Shown: piece after piece, positions 29,734-40,747 of the stretch | How the letters are laid out: each line of letters opens with the position of its first letter | How positions within the stretch are numbered: position 1 is the stretch's first letter | Origin: Candidatus Altimarinota bacterium | GTDB lineage: Bacteria > Patescibacteriota > Gracilibacteria > JBDHUY01 | Direction: 5' to 3' | Length of the DNA: 64,000 nucleotides | Assembly: GCA_039809385.1 (NCBI GenBank) | Contig: JBDHUY010000003.1 | Location: forward strand, 1-64,000 | Translations under genes and position numbers: made by a program | The notes under the pieces: model-generated | Database searches by the model: none | Told to the model about the DNA's origin: nothing | The model's input: only the letters and a program-made list of their open reading frames with translations

Positions 29734-31248
29734 ATGTCGAAACAGAAGTTCTATGCTACCACGGCGATTGCGTATCCCAATGCCAAACCGCATCTCGGCC
29801 ATTTTCTGGAATTCATCCAGGCTGATACGCTGACCCGCTTTAAAAAGATGAAAGGCATCGACGCCTTTTTGCTGACCGGCACCGACGAACATGGCCAAAA
29901 AATGGTTGAAAAAGCGCGCGCGTCGGGCTTGGAAGTAGAACAGCTGGTCGAGCAAAACCGGAAGTATTTTACCGATTTGAAAGAGACGATCGACATGGAC
30001 TATTCCGACTTCATTGCTACAACCCAGGAGCGTCATATCAAAACCGCTCAGGATGTCTGGACCAAGATTTACAACAAGGGCGACCTCTACAAAAAAGAAT
30101 ACGAAGGGCTCTACTGCGTGGGCTGCGAATCGTTCAAAACCGAAAAAGATCTGATGAACGGCAAATGCCCGGAGCACGACAAAGCGCCGATTCTGTTGCG
30201 CGAAGAGAATTATTTTTTCCGCCTGTCCAAATACCAAGATGCTCTGATCGAAAAACTCGAATCGCGCGAGTTACAGATTATTCCGGAATTCCGTACCAGC
30301 GAAATCGTCAATGTGGCCCGTTCCGGATTGATGGATGTGAGTTTCTCGCGGCCCAAAGAAAGTCTGGAGTGGGGAATTGAAGTACCCAACAACAGTAAAC
30401 ATGTCATGTATGTGTGGTGCGATGCCCTGACCAATTACTTGTCCGGAGCCGGCTACAGCGACGATCCGGCGCGTTTTGAAAAATACTGGCCGTGTGACGT
30501 GCATATGATCGGCAAGGATATCTCGCGTTTCCACGCGCTGATCTGGCCGGCCATGCTGCTTTCGGCTGAAATTCCATTACCAAAAGCTATTTTTATTCAC
30601 GAATTTGTTACTTCCAAGGGCAAAAAAATGAGTAAGACGATCGGGAATGTGATCGATCCGTACGAAGTGGTAAATCGGTATGGTTCCGAAGCACTACGTT
30701 TCTTTTTGCTCAAAGAAGGTGTCAAAGGAGCAGATATCGACTTTACCTGGGCCCGCTTTCACAATATCTACGAAGCCGAGCTTCTCAACGGACTAGGTAA
30801 TTTGGTAAATCGGGTTCTGGTCATTGCCCAAAAGTATACCGGCGGGCGTGTGCCTAAAATTTCGCGGAACGAAGATATCGAGAGTATGATCCGGCTGGCT
30901 TGGCGGGAGTATGATCAGTTTCTCGATCAGATGGATTTCAAAGCCGCTTTGGAAAGTTGTCTGAATCTCGTCTATTTTTCCAATCGTTTTATCAACGAAC
31001 AAGAACCCTGGAAACTTTTTAAAGAAGATAAAGAACGCTTTTTCCACGTTCTGTTTGTCCTGCTCGAATTGCTGGCCAATATCGCGCTGATGCTCGAACC
31101 GTTCATTCCCCGCACGGCCCGGAGAGTCCAAAAAGTTCTGGGAGTCAACAGCGATAAAATTTCGATCATGTACGGCAAGGTACGTGAGGGATTCCGGATC
31201 GAACCGCTTACGATTTTGTTTCCCAAGATCGATCCGCCAAGGGGATAG
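29734..31248 (+). CDS. metG: Methionine--tRNA ligase (short form)
   Basis: HLGH, GTDEHGQK, YVWCDAL, KMSKT. Confidence 0.97.
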   Translation: MSKQKFYATTAIAYPNAKPHLGHFLEFIQADTLTRFKKMKGIDAFLLTGTDEHGQKMVEKARASGLEVEQLVEQNRKYFTDLKETIDMDYSDFIATTQERHIKTAQDVWTKIYNKGDLYKKEYEGLYCVGCESFKTEKDLMNGKCPEHDKAPILLREENYFFRLSKYQDALIEKLESRELQIIPEFRTSEIVNVARSGLMDVSFSRPKESLEWGIEVPNNSKHVMYVWCDALTNYLSGAGYSDDPARFEKYWPCDVHMIGKDISRFHALIWPAMLLSAEIPLPKAIFIHEFVTSKGKKMSKTIGNVIDPYEVVNRYGSEALRFFLLKEGVKGADIDFTWARFHNIYEAELLNGLGNLVNRVLVIAQKYTGGRVPKISRNEDIESMIRLAWREYDQFLDQMDFKAALESCLNLVYFSNRFINEQEPWKLFKEDKERFFHVLFVLLELLANIALMLEPFIPRTARRVQKVLGVNSDKISIMYGKVREGFRIEPLTILFPKIDPPRG

Positions 31249-31536
31249 GCACGAGCAGCGGTCAGCTCAACGGAGCCCCTTCGGGGCGATCAGTAACAAT
31301 AATGAATTTTAAACAATTTGTATCAATTTCCGGGAGTTTCTATCTATTTTAATTTTGGTATAAAGTATTACGTATTATGTATGGGCTGTCGGATGAATCC
31401 TATCAGCTGCCCGTTCAGTCACTCTGAGCGAAGCGAAGAGTCTGTCCCCCTTCCCCGATTCCTGACTGTCTGAACTTCCGTTGATCAGTGTGCCGCCTCA
31501 GAGTAGAATCGAAACGGTCTTCCTATCTATGTTCTT

Positions 31537-32508
31537 ATGACCTCCTTTCAATACCTTATTACGACTGCCGAAGGGAAACATCTGTCGGGGATCATCTCGG
31601 CGGATAGTCCCGAACGGGCCAAAGAAAGTTTGCACAAATTGGGGTATGTCATTATTTCTCTCGAAGAAACAACTGAACCGCTTGGCAAAACCGACCGACC
31701 GACGTTTGCTTTCGAAGCAACCGATTCTAACGGCAAAAAAGTCATCGGTACGGTCGTGGCCAACAGTGCGCTTGTAGCGACCGAGAAGCTTGAGAAAGAA
31801 TATAATCTGACTATCCTCAAGCTTGAACCTCAAATTGGGAGCGTTCAGCCCGATACCCATGCCACGGTTTCCGACGAGCATTTGGTGATCGAGGAAGCCA
31901 AGCTGGTGATTGAAAAAGCGGGCAGGTTGCTTGATAAAATTACGCCATTCGATCTTGACTATAATACGTTATTTGACCGTCGGGACGAATTAAGAACGTT
32001 GCTCGATCAGGGCAATACTGAGTTATTGCGCGGCAAAATCCGGGAGATCCTGGATATTTTGCAGGAACGCGAAAAGACCGATATAATTTTTGAAAAAGAG
32101 CAAGTGCTCGATCAGATTCTGGTAGACAGCAAACAGCAACGGGCAGCCGTGAAAACCGAGGCCGAGGAGTTGGCCCAGCATACGTTCAATCATTTTTTCA
32201 ACCTGACATTGACGGAAGTTCAGATTCTGTCGCGTTGGCTGATCTTGTTTTATGCTCTGTTTCTGGTAATAGCCCACGTGGCAGTCAGCAAAAGTCTTGT
32301 TTTTTTCGGGATGGATTTTTTCGGAAAGACGATTGCCGATCCCTTGTTATACCGGATTGCATTGGTCGTCCTGCTGGTTCAACTAGTCGCTTCGTTCAAA
32401 CTCGCTTTCTTTAAGGCCGCGGCATGGCCGGGTATTTTGATGGGGATTCTGACGGTTGTGATTGCTTTATGGGTCTTTCTGATCGGTCCGGGGATGATTG
32501 TCGCGTAA
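31537..32508 (+). CDS. Membrane protein with two PilC N-terminal-like domains
   Basis: Two FxY/FxxxxxxGK..G.I/V.A.S modules, coiled region, three C-terminal TMs. Confidence 0.7.
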   Translation: MTSFQYLITTAEGKHLSGIISADSPERAKESLHKLGYVIISLEETTEPLGKTDRPTFAFEATDSNGKKVIGTVVANSALVATEKLEKEYNLTILKLEPQIGSVQPDTHATVSDEHLVIEEAKLVIEKAGRLLDKITPFDLDYNTLFDRRDELRTLLDQGNTELLRGKIREILDILQEREKTDIIFEKEQVLDQILVDSKQQRAAVKTEAEELAQHTFNHFFNLTLTEVQILSRWLILFYALFLVIAHVAVSKSLVFFGMDFFGKTIADPLLYRIALVVLLVQLVASFKLAFFKAAAWPGILMGILTVVIALWVFLIGPGMIVA

Positions 32509-32596
32509 TATCTTTCCAGAGGTTACACTCTTTTCCCCCTTAGCCTTGTCGATTTTGCTATTTTGAGGATAATAACAACATCAGAAGTATCATAAC

Positions 32597-32681
32597 GCCG
32601 GGATGGTGAAATTGGTAGACACGCAGGACTTAGAATCCTGTGGAGCAATCCGTGGGAGTTCAAGTCTCCCTCCCGGCACCA
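32597..32681 (+). tRNA. tRNA-Leu(TAG)
   Basis: GCCGGGA/TCCCGGC acceptor stem, CTTAGAA loop, long variable arm, GTTCAAG, CCA. Confidence 0.97.
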
Positions 32682-32735
32682 GCAGGTTGAAAAAGATATC
32701 GCTACATTTTGACAATCTTCTTACGATATATATTT

Positions 32736-33233
32736 ATGCAACGCGTTTTTTCTCAGACATTCGGTGTAGTCGGAGCCATTTTGGAAAAAGATGGAAAAAT
32801 TTTGCTAGTGCGCGAATCGCAAGCGTTTGCTTCCGGTCCCGGCCCCGACCATGGTAAATGGAGCCATCCGGCCGGGTGGATCGACGTCGGCGAAGATCCG
32901 GTCGAAGCTGTCAAGCGTGAAGTTTTGGAAGAGTCCGGCTTTGTATTTACCCCGCAACATATTCTGGGGATATACTCGCTGGTACGTCGGGATATCGAAA
33001 AGAAGCTTGAGGCTACTCCTCATGCCCTGAAGATTATATTTAGCGGGACAATTCCGGATCACTCCCAAAAATCCCTGGCCGATGACGTCAGCGAAATCGG
33101 ATGGTTTTCTCCGGAAGAGATTTATGCTATGGACGCGGAAACTCTGCGCGATGTCGATATTAAACAAATCGTGCGAGACTATACGAACGGCAAAAAATAT
33201 CCACTGGATGTTTTACGGCATACTGTAGCATAA
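32736..33233 (+). CDS. NUDIX hydrolase (NudJ-like)
   Basis: PAGWIDVGEDPVEAVKREVLEESG. Confidence 0.9.
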   Translation: MQRVFSQTFGVVGAILEKDGKILLVRESQAFASGPGPDHGKWSHPAGWIDVGEDPVEAVKREVLEESGFVFTPQHILGIYSLVRRDIEKKLEATPHALKIIFSGTIPDHSQKSLADDVSEIGWFSPEEIYAMDAETLRDVDIKQIVRDYTNGKKYPLDVLRHTVA

Positions 33234-33261
33234 ATCTCTTTGAAATCTTTCAAAATAACCG

Positions 33262-35673
33262 CTAGGGCGTTCGTTTCACATATCCGCCCAGTTCCAGGAG
33301 AGCCGATTCCGATCTTCGGGTATTGAAATGAAACGGCGCAATTTCCGGAGGAATGCTTGCTGTTTTTTCATCGAGAGCTTCGAAATAGAGCATGATTCTT
33401 TCGGTCGTTTCGACCGGCGGGGTCACGCTCAATCGAACCGTGTCGTTCCATATCCCTGAATTCAAGATTCCGATAAAATAGTAATTGCTTTTTCTCAGGC
33501 GCGGGAGCATATCACGTATATAATCATCTTTTTGTTGTTCTGAAAGTCCCAGCCGCTCCAGTAGGTCATTACGTAAAAAAGTATTGAGTCCTTCATACTC
33601 TATAACATATCCGTTCCGCGGACGTGTGAAATCTTTTCCGGTATCCAATGTAAATTCATAAAAAAGGTGTCGAATGTTCTGAAATATATCTGGTACAAAA
33701 GGTACTGAGATTCTGCCGGATGCGTCAGCTGTGATATCCCACCGAATCCGCTCATTAGTCTCAGCGGAATATGCTGCTGGTGACGTAAAACGAATCTGTC
33801 CGGCCATGTTTTCTAAAAAAACGGTATACAAAGATGCTTGTCTCGAATACAAGTAGATAAGAGGTGATTGAGGTGTCATAAATGTCAGTTCTACATGTTC
33901 TCCGGTACAATCCAGAACGCACTGGTGAGTTGACTGCGCAGCGTAAGTATTGGCTAACTGTACTACGCCCGGGGCGGCGAACAAGTCTTCGACGCTGACC
34001 GGAGTTGTATTACTGAAATCGTTACAGAAGCTTGCTCGATTCTGTGCGTAGGTCTCTTCATATAAACGAGTGGCATCAAGGAGTAGCGGCAATGTGTCTA
34101 CTATATATGCAATAGTAGGATATCGGATGCCAAAATCATCCGGTAGATGTTTTGTACACACTTTCTGAGCCTTGATTTCGTCAAACCGTAACGAGAGTTT
34201 CTCCTGGTTCTCTCCCGTGTTGCTGTCATTGTAATTTTTACCTGCTTCGAATCCGTCTTCACAACGAGCAAAGAGCCAATCCAGAGCGCCAACAACAGAC
34301 TGAATCGATTCATCGCTGTTTTTCTGACACCAGTACTGAATTATTTTACTGCGTATAGCTGTTTTTTTGCGCTCAATGTCACTGCGGATACTGTCGGTCG
34401 GTACAACCACGACCGAAAGGCTTCGTCCTTTTTTGGGTACAGTACTTCTGGTTGTTGGTTCAGTGCTGCAGGCGCCGTTTGACATTACGGCGTAGAACGA
34501 ATCGTCGAACTCGCCAGATTGTCCTTGAACGCCGCTCAAACTTCTACGATCTCCGCAAAAGTGAGTATAAATACCCCGATATGCCGGGTTACAGGTCCCT
34601 TGCAATGCTTGTCCCGACTGACACATTGTGTTCTCAGGCTGACGTTGGTTTAAGTTTGAATTTTGCTGTACCGGTGGAGATGGGCGTGTTTGATTCGTAT
34701 TCCGATTGATACGAGGATCATTATTACTCTGGGGAGGAGTAAGTGCTTCGTTTTTATTTACGTTGTCCTTAGGAATATCGGCTATAGGGTTACCGCAGCT
34801 GCTCAGATCGAGTTGTTGTCCTCTATTCCAGAATACCATACTTGTTTTATCCTCGAACGCTTGTTCCAGATCGGCGACTCCGATCTTTTGACCCATTCGA
34901 CCAAAATACCCTCGTAATCGATATACTCCAGGTGCAAATTCTCCCAGGGTGTATGTTGCCCGGCCTTGTTTATCGAGGACAATGGTTTCATCTCGGATAA
35001 TCTCTCCGCGGCTTTCATCTTCAAGGATCATGAGTACGGTATGTCCCGGAAGTCCCCGTACATTATAAGTCACGCTTTCTCCTCTACACAAATCTCCCAT
35101 TTCGATACGATTCAAAATAGCCCAGCCGTATTCTACGAAAAAATACGGACTTTGTTTGTCGGACATAATCCGCAAACTTTCGTTTTCTCTGGGCACACTA
35201 TCAATCGGATAACGTGCCGAGAGCTGGTAGCGGAGATAGTCTTGTCCCATTAGGCCGTTTTTATTCGACAAGAGATCTTGGCCTTCTTGTGTTACAGAGC
35301 CGTTTTCAAATAACGTTATGCGCATATGTTCTTCCCGGGGAGCAATATACTTTTTTTCGATTAACGTTTTTGGAATATCTCCTTCGGTGATTCCTAGAAT
35401 ATTCATAGAAACTTCTTTCCCTGCCGGAGCAATAAAGTCTAGCAAAACTTCTCCTCCGTTATCCTCACAGGAGAAAGGGGTGTTGTTGCTGGCGACTTGT
35501 TCGTTTTTCAGAAAACATTCTCTCAGTTTTTCTCCCTGAAAGAGATAGTGGGTTTCAGGCGCTGGTCTCAGAATGGTCGCTGGCAATTCCTGGGCGCGTG
35601 CGATTTGCGTTCCCGGTATCAGCAGAATACTGATTGCAAACAGGCTGGTATACCAGGGAGAAAAGTTGTTCAT
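33262..35673 (-). CDS. Large secreted protein, paralog 1, with PxIYLY C-terminal domain
   Basis: Signal peptide, Cys pairs, Asn/Gln linker, SPLIYLY..HLFYE..LGL..LELGG. Confidence 0.8.
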   Translation of the reverse strand: MNNFSPWYTSLFAISILLIPGTQIARAQELPATILRPAPETHYLFQGEKLRECFLKNEQVASNNTPFSCEDNGGEVLLDFIAPAGKEVSMNILGITEGDIPKTLIEKKYIAPREEHMRITLFENGSVTQEGQDLLSNKNGLMGQDYLRYQLSARYPIDSVPRENESLRIMSDKQSPYFFVEYGWAILNRIEMGDLCRGESVTYNVRGLPGHTVLMILEDESRGEIIRDETIVLDKQGRATYTLGEFAPGVYRLRGYFGRMGQKIGVADLEQAFEDKTSMVFWNRGQQLDLSSCGNPIADIPKDNVNKNEALTPPQSNNDPRINRNTNQTRPSPPVQQNSNLNQRQPENTMCQSGQALQGTCNPAYRGIYTHFCGDRRSLSGVQGQSGEFDDSFYAVMSNGACSTEPTTRSTVPKKGRSLSVVVVPTDSIRSDIERKKTAIRSKIIQYWCQKNSDESIQSVVGALDWLFARCEDGFEAGKNYNDSNTGENQEKLSLRFDEIKAQKVCTKHLPDDFGIRYPTIAYIVDTLPLLLDATRLYEETYAQNRASFCNDFSNTTPVSVEDLFAAPGVVQLANTYAAQSTHQCVLDCTGEHVELTFMTPQSPLIYLYSRQASLYTVFLENMAGQIRFTSPAAYSAETNERIRWDITADASGRISVPFVPDIFQNIRHLFYEFTLDTGKDFTRPRNGYVIEYEGLNTFLRNDLLERLGLSEQQKDDYIRDMLPRLRKSNYYFIGILNSGIWNDTVRLSVTPPVETTERIMLYFEALDEKTASIPPEIAPFHFNTRRSESALLELGGYVKRTP

Positions 35674-35684
35674 GATTGGCTTTT

Positions 35685-37994
35685 TTATGAGTTGAATAAG
35701 GCGCCGATTTCTACCAGCGTCGAATCCTGTTTTTGAGGATCTGCCTGCCAGGGTGACAGGTCTGGCGCTTGGATCTCGTATTTTTTATTATGCCCGGGCA
35801 TTTTTTCGATATACAACATAACCCGATTGATCCGTCCGGGGAGCGGAGAAACTTGTAACGGAAGTAATGTATCTACTTCCCGAGCGGGGATCAATCCGAT
35901 AAAATAGTCGCTATCTTGTTCAAATTGCGGAGCTATCTCGTTCCAAAATTTATCGGTATGCCGTGGGTTAAATCCAAACTGTGGCAGCAGTTTCGCTTTC
36001 AGGAACTTTTCTACCTCGCTGCTGTTCTTCATAAATCCCTGTTCAGGTTTCCTAAACGTCGCCTGATTCAGGAAGGTGAAATGATAGGTCAGAGCATTAT
36101 AACTCGAAGACAACCAGTCGAGCTGGCTGTCGTGCGATGCTAAAGTCTTGGAAAGCAGGTTTGCCAGATCGGAATATTGGTTTTTCCTGACTCCGCCTTC
36201 CGGTGTTCCCCGTATTGTCCACTCCATGCGATTCGTGGTTTTCATATCTGCGGACGGAAAATCGTGCGAGAGTATGCCTCCTTTATTGGCAATTCCGATG
36301 GTATAGGATGTATCTGTCGTATCGTAAACTCCGATTACCGGGTCCGAAGCCGTTATCTGGTTGAGCTGGATCACAACACCGCCGTCGCATACCAGATCTT
36401 GGCCCTGACTCGTCCAGGCATTGCGGGTATTGAGCCAGAAAAGCATCTCGGAACTGGGCGCGCTGATTCCTTCGAATTGCCGGCAGAAGCTGGCACGATC
36501 ACTGCCAAATTCTCCTTCCAGCCAGTTGACCTGAGCGATTTGTAAAATTCCCTGAAATCCTGCATTGGCACCTTCGGTCGAGAAGTAAAATTCCACATCG
36601 CCGTTGATATTCAGGTTAGCGTTAAAATCGTCGCCCGGTTTGACCCGGCATTTCATACCGGCTCTTATATCTTTGTAGGCCAGATTCCCGGAAGCTCCGT
36701 CGCATGATTCGAATTGGTGCGTGAGGTTGCTGACCGAATCGCGGATATTTCCTGCAGGATTTTCCAGACTGTTACACCAGTAGAGACCGGTCGTGCTCCA
36801 GACAATCCGCATGATGTTGAAGTCCGAAAAAGCCTGATTTCCGCCGATCACAACCTGGTTGATCCGGTTCAGGTTTGGTCTAAAGGGATTATTTGGGTCG
36901 CGACCTCGATTATTATTATTGTTGTTGACGTTGCCATTCCCATTGGAATTGCACTGTCCCGATACGAACTGCGAATTGTTGTTGCCTACGGGTTGTAAAT
37001 TGCACAATTGTACGTTTTGATTGCCATTCCGGCTTTGACAATTGAGACTCTGCCCGGGCTGAATCACCGCGCAGGCTCCGATGGTGACCGTGATTCCGGG
37101 ATTTTTTTCTACCAGGCTTTGGGGATTGTTCAACAGGTTCTCGATATCGCCGGGACCGATCCGGCTTCCCTCGTGGCCGAAAAAAGCCACTGCCCGGTAA
37201 TTACCCGGTGCCGGGTTCAGGTCCGAAAAAGAGAATGCGGCTTTGCCCTGCTCGTCGCTCAGTGTGACACTCGACGTTGCGACGACTTCGTTTCCCCCTT
37301 CCCGTAATAAAGCTACTACGACAGGTAAATTCTTTCCGGGAACTTGTACGCTGAGGTTGAGCGGATCAACCTGGTTGTTGACACAGGTTAATTGCTGATT
37401 GCCCGATATGGTTCCCCAGCCCGGGGGTACCAGAAATTCGGGAGCGGCGGTTTGCGGGGAAGTAATGATCAGAGAATTTCCTTCGGTTTCGGCGCTGGCA
37501 ATCGGACAAGTGGCAGTCAGCCGATAACGTTCAAAGGTTGTATCGATCATGCCCTGGGGGCCCGTAAAGTAGCTTTCCAGATTGGCCGTGTTCAATTGTC
37601 CGTTTTCCACGAAAGGGATCTTGATATGGTCGGGAGAACCAGGTTGAAACGGCATTTCCATGCTTTGCACAAGTTGCGGCGCTTCGCCTTCGCGCAGTCC
37701 TTCGATTTTTAGTGTTAACGTATGGTCGGTGCATCCGACGGGTTTCAGGATATCGAATTCCAGCTGGGTTGCGGTGCGGCAGTTTCTTTCTACCGAAAAA
37801 TCGAGGTGATCATTCCGGTTGCTTTGAAACGAGCATTGTTTCAGCATCCCTTGTTCGAACAGGTAGACGCTGTTCCACTCGGGCTGGAAGATGCGGGCAT
37901 ATTTTATCTGCTCGTCCGCTTCGGCCTTTCCGCTTGCGACCGCCAGCAGTCCCAAAACTATGAGAGGAACCAAAAGTAATTTTTGTTTTGGCAT
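35685..37994 (-). CDS. Large secreted protein, paralog 2
   Basis: Colinear with paralog 1 (YLF..LxxC, F.ENG, RYxL, PGxYR, RASFC, terminal EIG). Confidence 0.8.
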   Translation of the reverse strand: MPKQKLLLVPLIVLGLLAVASGKAEADEQIKYARIFQPEWNSVYLFEQGMLKQCSFQSNRNDHLDFSVERNCRTATQLEFDILKPVGCTDHTLTLKIEGLREGEAPQLVQSMEMPFQPGSPDHIKIPFVENGQLNTANLESYFTGPQGMIDTTFERYRLTATCPIASAETEGNSLIITSPQTAAPEFLVPPGWGTISGNQQLTCVNNQVDPLNLSVQVPGKNLPVVVALLREGGNEVVATSSVTLSDEQGKAAFSFSDLNPAPGNYRAVAFFGHEGSRIGPGDIENLLNNPQSLVEKNPGITVTIGACAVIQPGQSLNCQSRNGNQNVQLCNLQPVGNNNSQFVSGQCNSNGNGNVNNNNNNRGRDPNNPFRPNLNRINQVVIGGNQAFSDFNIMRIVWSTTGLYWCNSLENPAGNIRDSVSNLTHQFESCDGASGNLAYKDIRAGMKCRVKPGDDFNANLNINGDVEFYFSTEGANAGFQGILQIAQVNWLEGEFGSDRASFCRQFEGISAPSSEMLFWLNTRNAWTSQGQDLVCDGGVVIQLNQITASDPVIGVYDTTDTSYTIGIANKGGILSHDFPSADMKTTNRMEWTIRGTPEGGVRKNQYSDLANLLSKTLASHDSQLDWLSSSYNALTYHFTFLNQATFRKPEQGFMKNSSEVEKFLKAKLLPQFGFNPRHTDKFWNEIAPQFEQDSDYFIGLIPAREVDTLLPLQVSPLPGRINRVMLYIEKMPGHNKKYEIQAPDLSPWQADPQKQDSTLVEIGALFNS

Positions 37995-37998
37995 ATGT

Positions 37999-38727
37999 TC
38001 AGATTTTTGAAATAGTATATTTTTTAAGAAATGGAATGGCCAGAAGACGTAATACGCCGTACCCAATGAGAATGTTGATAAAAAAATGTAATATGGCCGT
38101 TTTCTGTGATCTGCTTTCTATCGTTGTCATAGGCTCCGCTGATACACAATCGCAAGCCAATACTATTCCCCTTACATAAGGCGTCGCTCCTTTATATAAA
38201 AAGGGTAAGGGATATCCTACATAATTATCGAAATTTGTCATTCCGCTGCAATTACAGGAAAAACCGGACTCAATATTACGCGGCATAATCATTGCTATGG
38301 AGAGTATTATGACAGCACTGACTCCCATGAACCAATAGGTTACAGTGGTTTGATTACGTTTGTGATCACGCATTATCCACGGACCGATCAGCAGTAATGT
38401 GATGACCAGATAAAAGTGTGACATTGATAGTCCTTCCACTAGCATGATACTGGCATATATAAGCACAAGGCTTACTACGACTGAAAGGATAAAAATAATA
38501 AAATGTGCCGTTGGTCCAAGTTTTTCTTTTTTTCTGGTATAAATATGTTGTATCCATACATCCAAGATCCCTGACATAAGCAGTACCAACAATCCTGCAA
38601 ATCCCCAAAAAATGATCGGTACAATGAACAGCTGTATTTCTATGGGAGTGAACGTTACTATTCCCCAGGTGGACAACAGGAGAATCAGTATCAGAACATA
38701 GATCACGCGGTTGATTGAGTTTATCAT
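37999..38727 (-). CDS. Multi-pass membrane protein
   Basis: About six TM segments; loop with CNC, GYPLPF, CDC. Confidence 0.75.
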   Translation of the reverse strand: MINSINRVIYVLILILLLSTWGIVTFTPIEIQLFIVPIIFWGFAGLLVLLMSGILDVWIQHIYTRKKEKLGPTAHFIIFILSVVVSLVLIYASIMLVEGLSMSHFYLVITLLLIGPWIMRDHKRNQTTVTYWFMGVSAVIILSIAMIMPRNIESGFSCNCSGMTNFDNYVGYPLPFLYKGATPYVRGIVLACDCVSAEPMTTIESRSQKTAILHFFINILIGYGVLRLLAIPFLKKYTISKI

Positions 38728-38764
38728 AGTGGAATTTCGGCTGTTTTTAGATATTGGTCTTCTT

Positions 38765-40540
38765 TCATGGAGCTTCTTTCATCGCATTCACCGCCACGAT
38801 ATAGTTGACCAGGTAGCCGCTCTCCAGCTTGGTCTCTCCGCGGAACAGATAGGCGGGCGTCAGATACTCCTGGGAGAAAAACAGCGGTTTGTAGATATAG
38901 GCCAGAAAGACATCGTCTACCCGCACCGTAGTAGCCGTAGCTTTGTTGGCCGGAAAAATCTGCTCCTGGGTGATTGAGGCGGGTGTGTCGGGACTTGGCA
39001 ATACGAAACCCAAAATTCCTTTGCCGCTGTTCAGATCTTTGAGTGCTTCGTCGGCTTTTTTCAGTGGCACGGCGGGCAAGGTACTCTTCACGCGACGATG
39101 GTTATATTCTACTCCAATCAGTTTGCCCTTCTGGCTGATCTCGGCAGTAATCGTATTGAAGTCATTGGGACGGCTGTATCCGTCTGTGTTATCGCTAGTA
39201 TTGACGATGCTTGGATCTTGTAACAAATTCTCACTCGACGGCGCTTCGGACGGATCGCCCGCGATCGAACCGATATTGTTCAGGATCTGCAGACCGTTCA
39301 GTTTGGGAGGCATGCCCGTATTGGGGTCGCCGGTATGGATTTCCACAAACAGGCTGGGACGTCCCTGCTTCTGATACGTTTCGGGTTTCAGATACGCTCC
39401 TTCCAGCAGTTTATTTTTTTTCAGGAACGAGAGCGTCGTATCGATCGCCTTACTTGTATCGACCTGCGCTGTTCTTACTTTTTCCGATGACCCGCCCGCG
39501 CCGGGTTGCGACATCAGCCAGTAATCGGTATCGTAGTATTTGAACGATCCCGAAAGTTTTTTGACTTCCAGAACCTTACCGCTTTTATCCTCGATCACAT
39601 AGGTTTCGGGGTCTCGTTTGCGTGCTCGTTCTTTCATTTCGAATGCTTTTCCCAATTCTTCCACATCCGCATAGCTGAGGTTTGCATAGTACCGGTACAG
39701 AGGAACGGTCGAAGAAGGCGGAGTCGGCAGATCATTAGTGAACAGCTGATAGCCGACAAAATCGATTGCAGGACTTTGGAGTGCAGCGGTGGCTGGTTGG
39801 GGTTCAGTGGTGACTGGATCCTGTCCGGCCAGATCGCGTGAAGCGTTCTTAATGACCGTAGCAGTATCGGGCGGGGGAGTCAGCTGGTTTTCTTTTTTGA
39901 GCGCGGCGGCTTTTTCCCCTGCCAGCACGAGCAGGTCTTTGCAACCCGTCTCGTTTTTTTGCGACAAAACTTTTTTGTGTAAAACAAGATCCTGACGTTT
40001 CTTCAGGTCAGTCACATAGTCCGGACTGGCCAGATTGGCTATCTCGTTTTCATATTGCCAGGGCGTTTTTTTAACCTCCTCGGCAGTGGCGCCGTTAAAC
40101 AAATCGCCTGCCAGCTGGTCGCACGTTTTTGTCTGAAAGGCTTTTTCCATGTTGTCTGCTTGCGAGGCGTATGCCGTCAATTCGTTTACAATGGTCAAAG
40201 CGGTCTGGTCACCCTGAGCGGCTTTCTGCTCGATGAAACGTCGTACCGAACGGAGCTTGTCGGCCTTTTGCGTATCTGAAAGGTAGCTTGCATACGTAAA
40301 TTCGTATAAAGCTTGTTCTTTGGTGGCGGGATTGCTAAAGAGAGTACGCATTTCATCCAGCGTGCCAGAGGAAAAAGACCCGCCTGTGTCGGTTTTAGTA
40401 TCTGTCTTAGGATTACTCCCGTTTCCGGTAGTGTTACTACCCGGATTTCCTCTCATTGCGACTGCTATGACAAGGGCGATCAGGATAAGAACCGCGACGG
40501 TAATGCCGCCGATTATAAACACCTTTTTATCTGGTTTCAT
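38765..40540 (-). CDS. Membrane-anchored extracytoplasmic protein
   Basis: N-terminal TM, helical domain, beta-rich C-domain ending YLTPAYLFRG. Confidence 0.8.
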   Translation of the reverse strand: MKPDKKVFIIGGITVAVLILIALVIAVAMRGNPGSNTTGNGSNPKTDTKTDTGGSFSSGTLDEMRTLFSNPATKEQALYEFTYASYLSDTQKADKLRSVRRFIEQKAAQGDQTALTIVNELTAYASQADNMEKAFQTKTCDQLAGDLFNGATAEEVKKTPWQYENEIANLASPDYVTDLKKRQDLVLHKKVLSQKNETGCKDLLVLAGEKAAALKKENQLTPPPDTATVIKNASRDLAGQDPVTTEPQPATAALQSPAIDFVGYQLFTNDLPTPPSSTVPLYRYYANLSYADVEELGKAFEMKERARKRDPETYVIEDKSGKVLEVKKLSGSFKYYDTDYWLMSQPGAGGSSEKVRTAQVDTSKAIDTTLSFLKKNKLLEGAYLKPETYQKQGRPSLFVEIHTGDPNTGMPPKLNGLQILNNIGSIAGDPSEAPSSENLLQDPSIVNTSDNTDGYSRPNDFNTITAEISQKGKLIGVEYNHRRVKSTLPAVPLKKADEALKDLNSGKGILGFVLPSPDTPASITQEQIFPANKATATTVRVDDVFLAYIYKPLFFSQEYLTPAYLFRGETKLESGYLVNYIVAVNAMKEAP

Positions 40541-40747
40541 AACGTTCCGACTGGTTAGAAAGTAAGTCCCGTCTTTCTCCTTTGATGGCGGGCTTCAGAT
40601 AAGTATAGCACTGCTACCTTGATTTGAGCAAAAAAACCAATTTTACGTTAATTCTTTATAAATAGTAGATAGTGTCAATAAAAATAGTTGACATTATTAA
40701 AGTTGGATATAGAACATAGCCTTTTATTCATTAAATTATTTTTCACT

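Noticed and set aside
32597-40540. Island integrated at tRNA-Leu
   Set aside because: No integrase and no duplicated tRNA 3' end found
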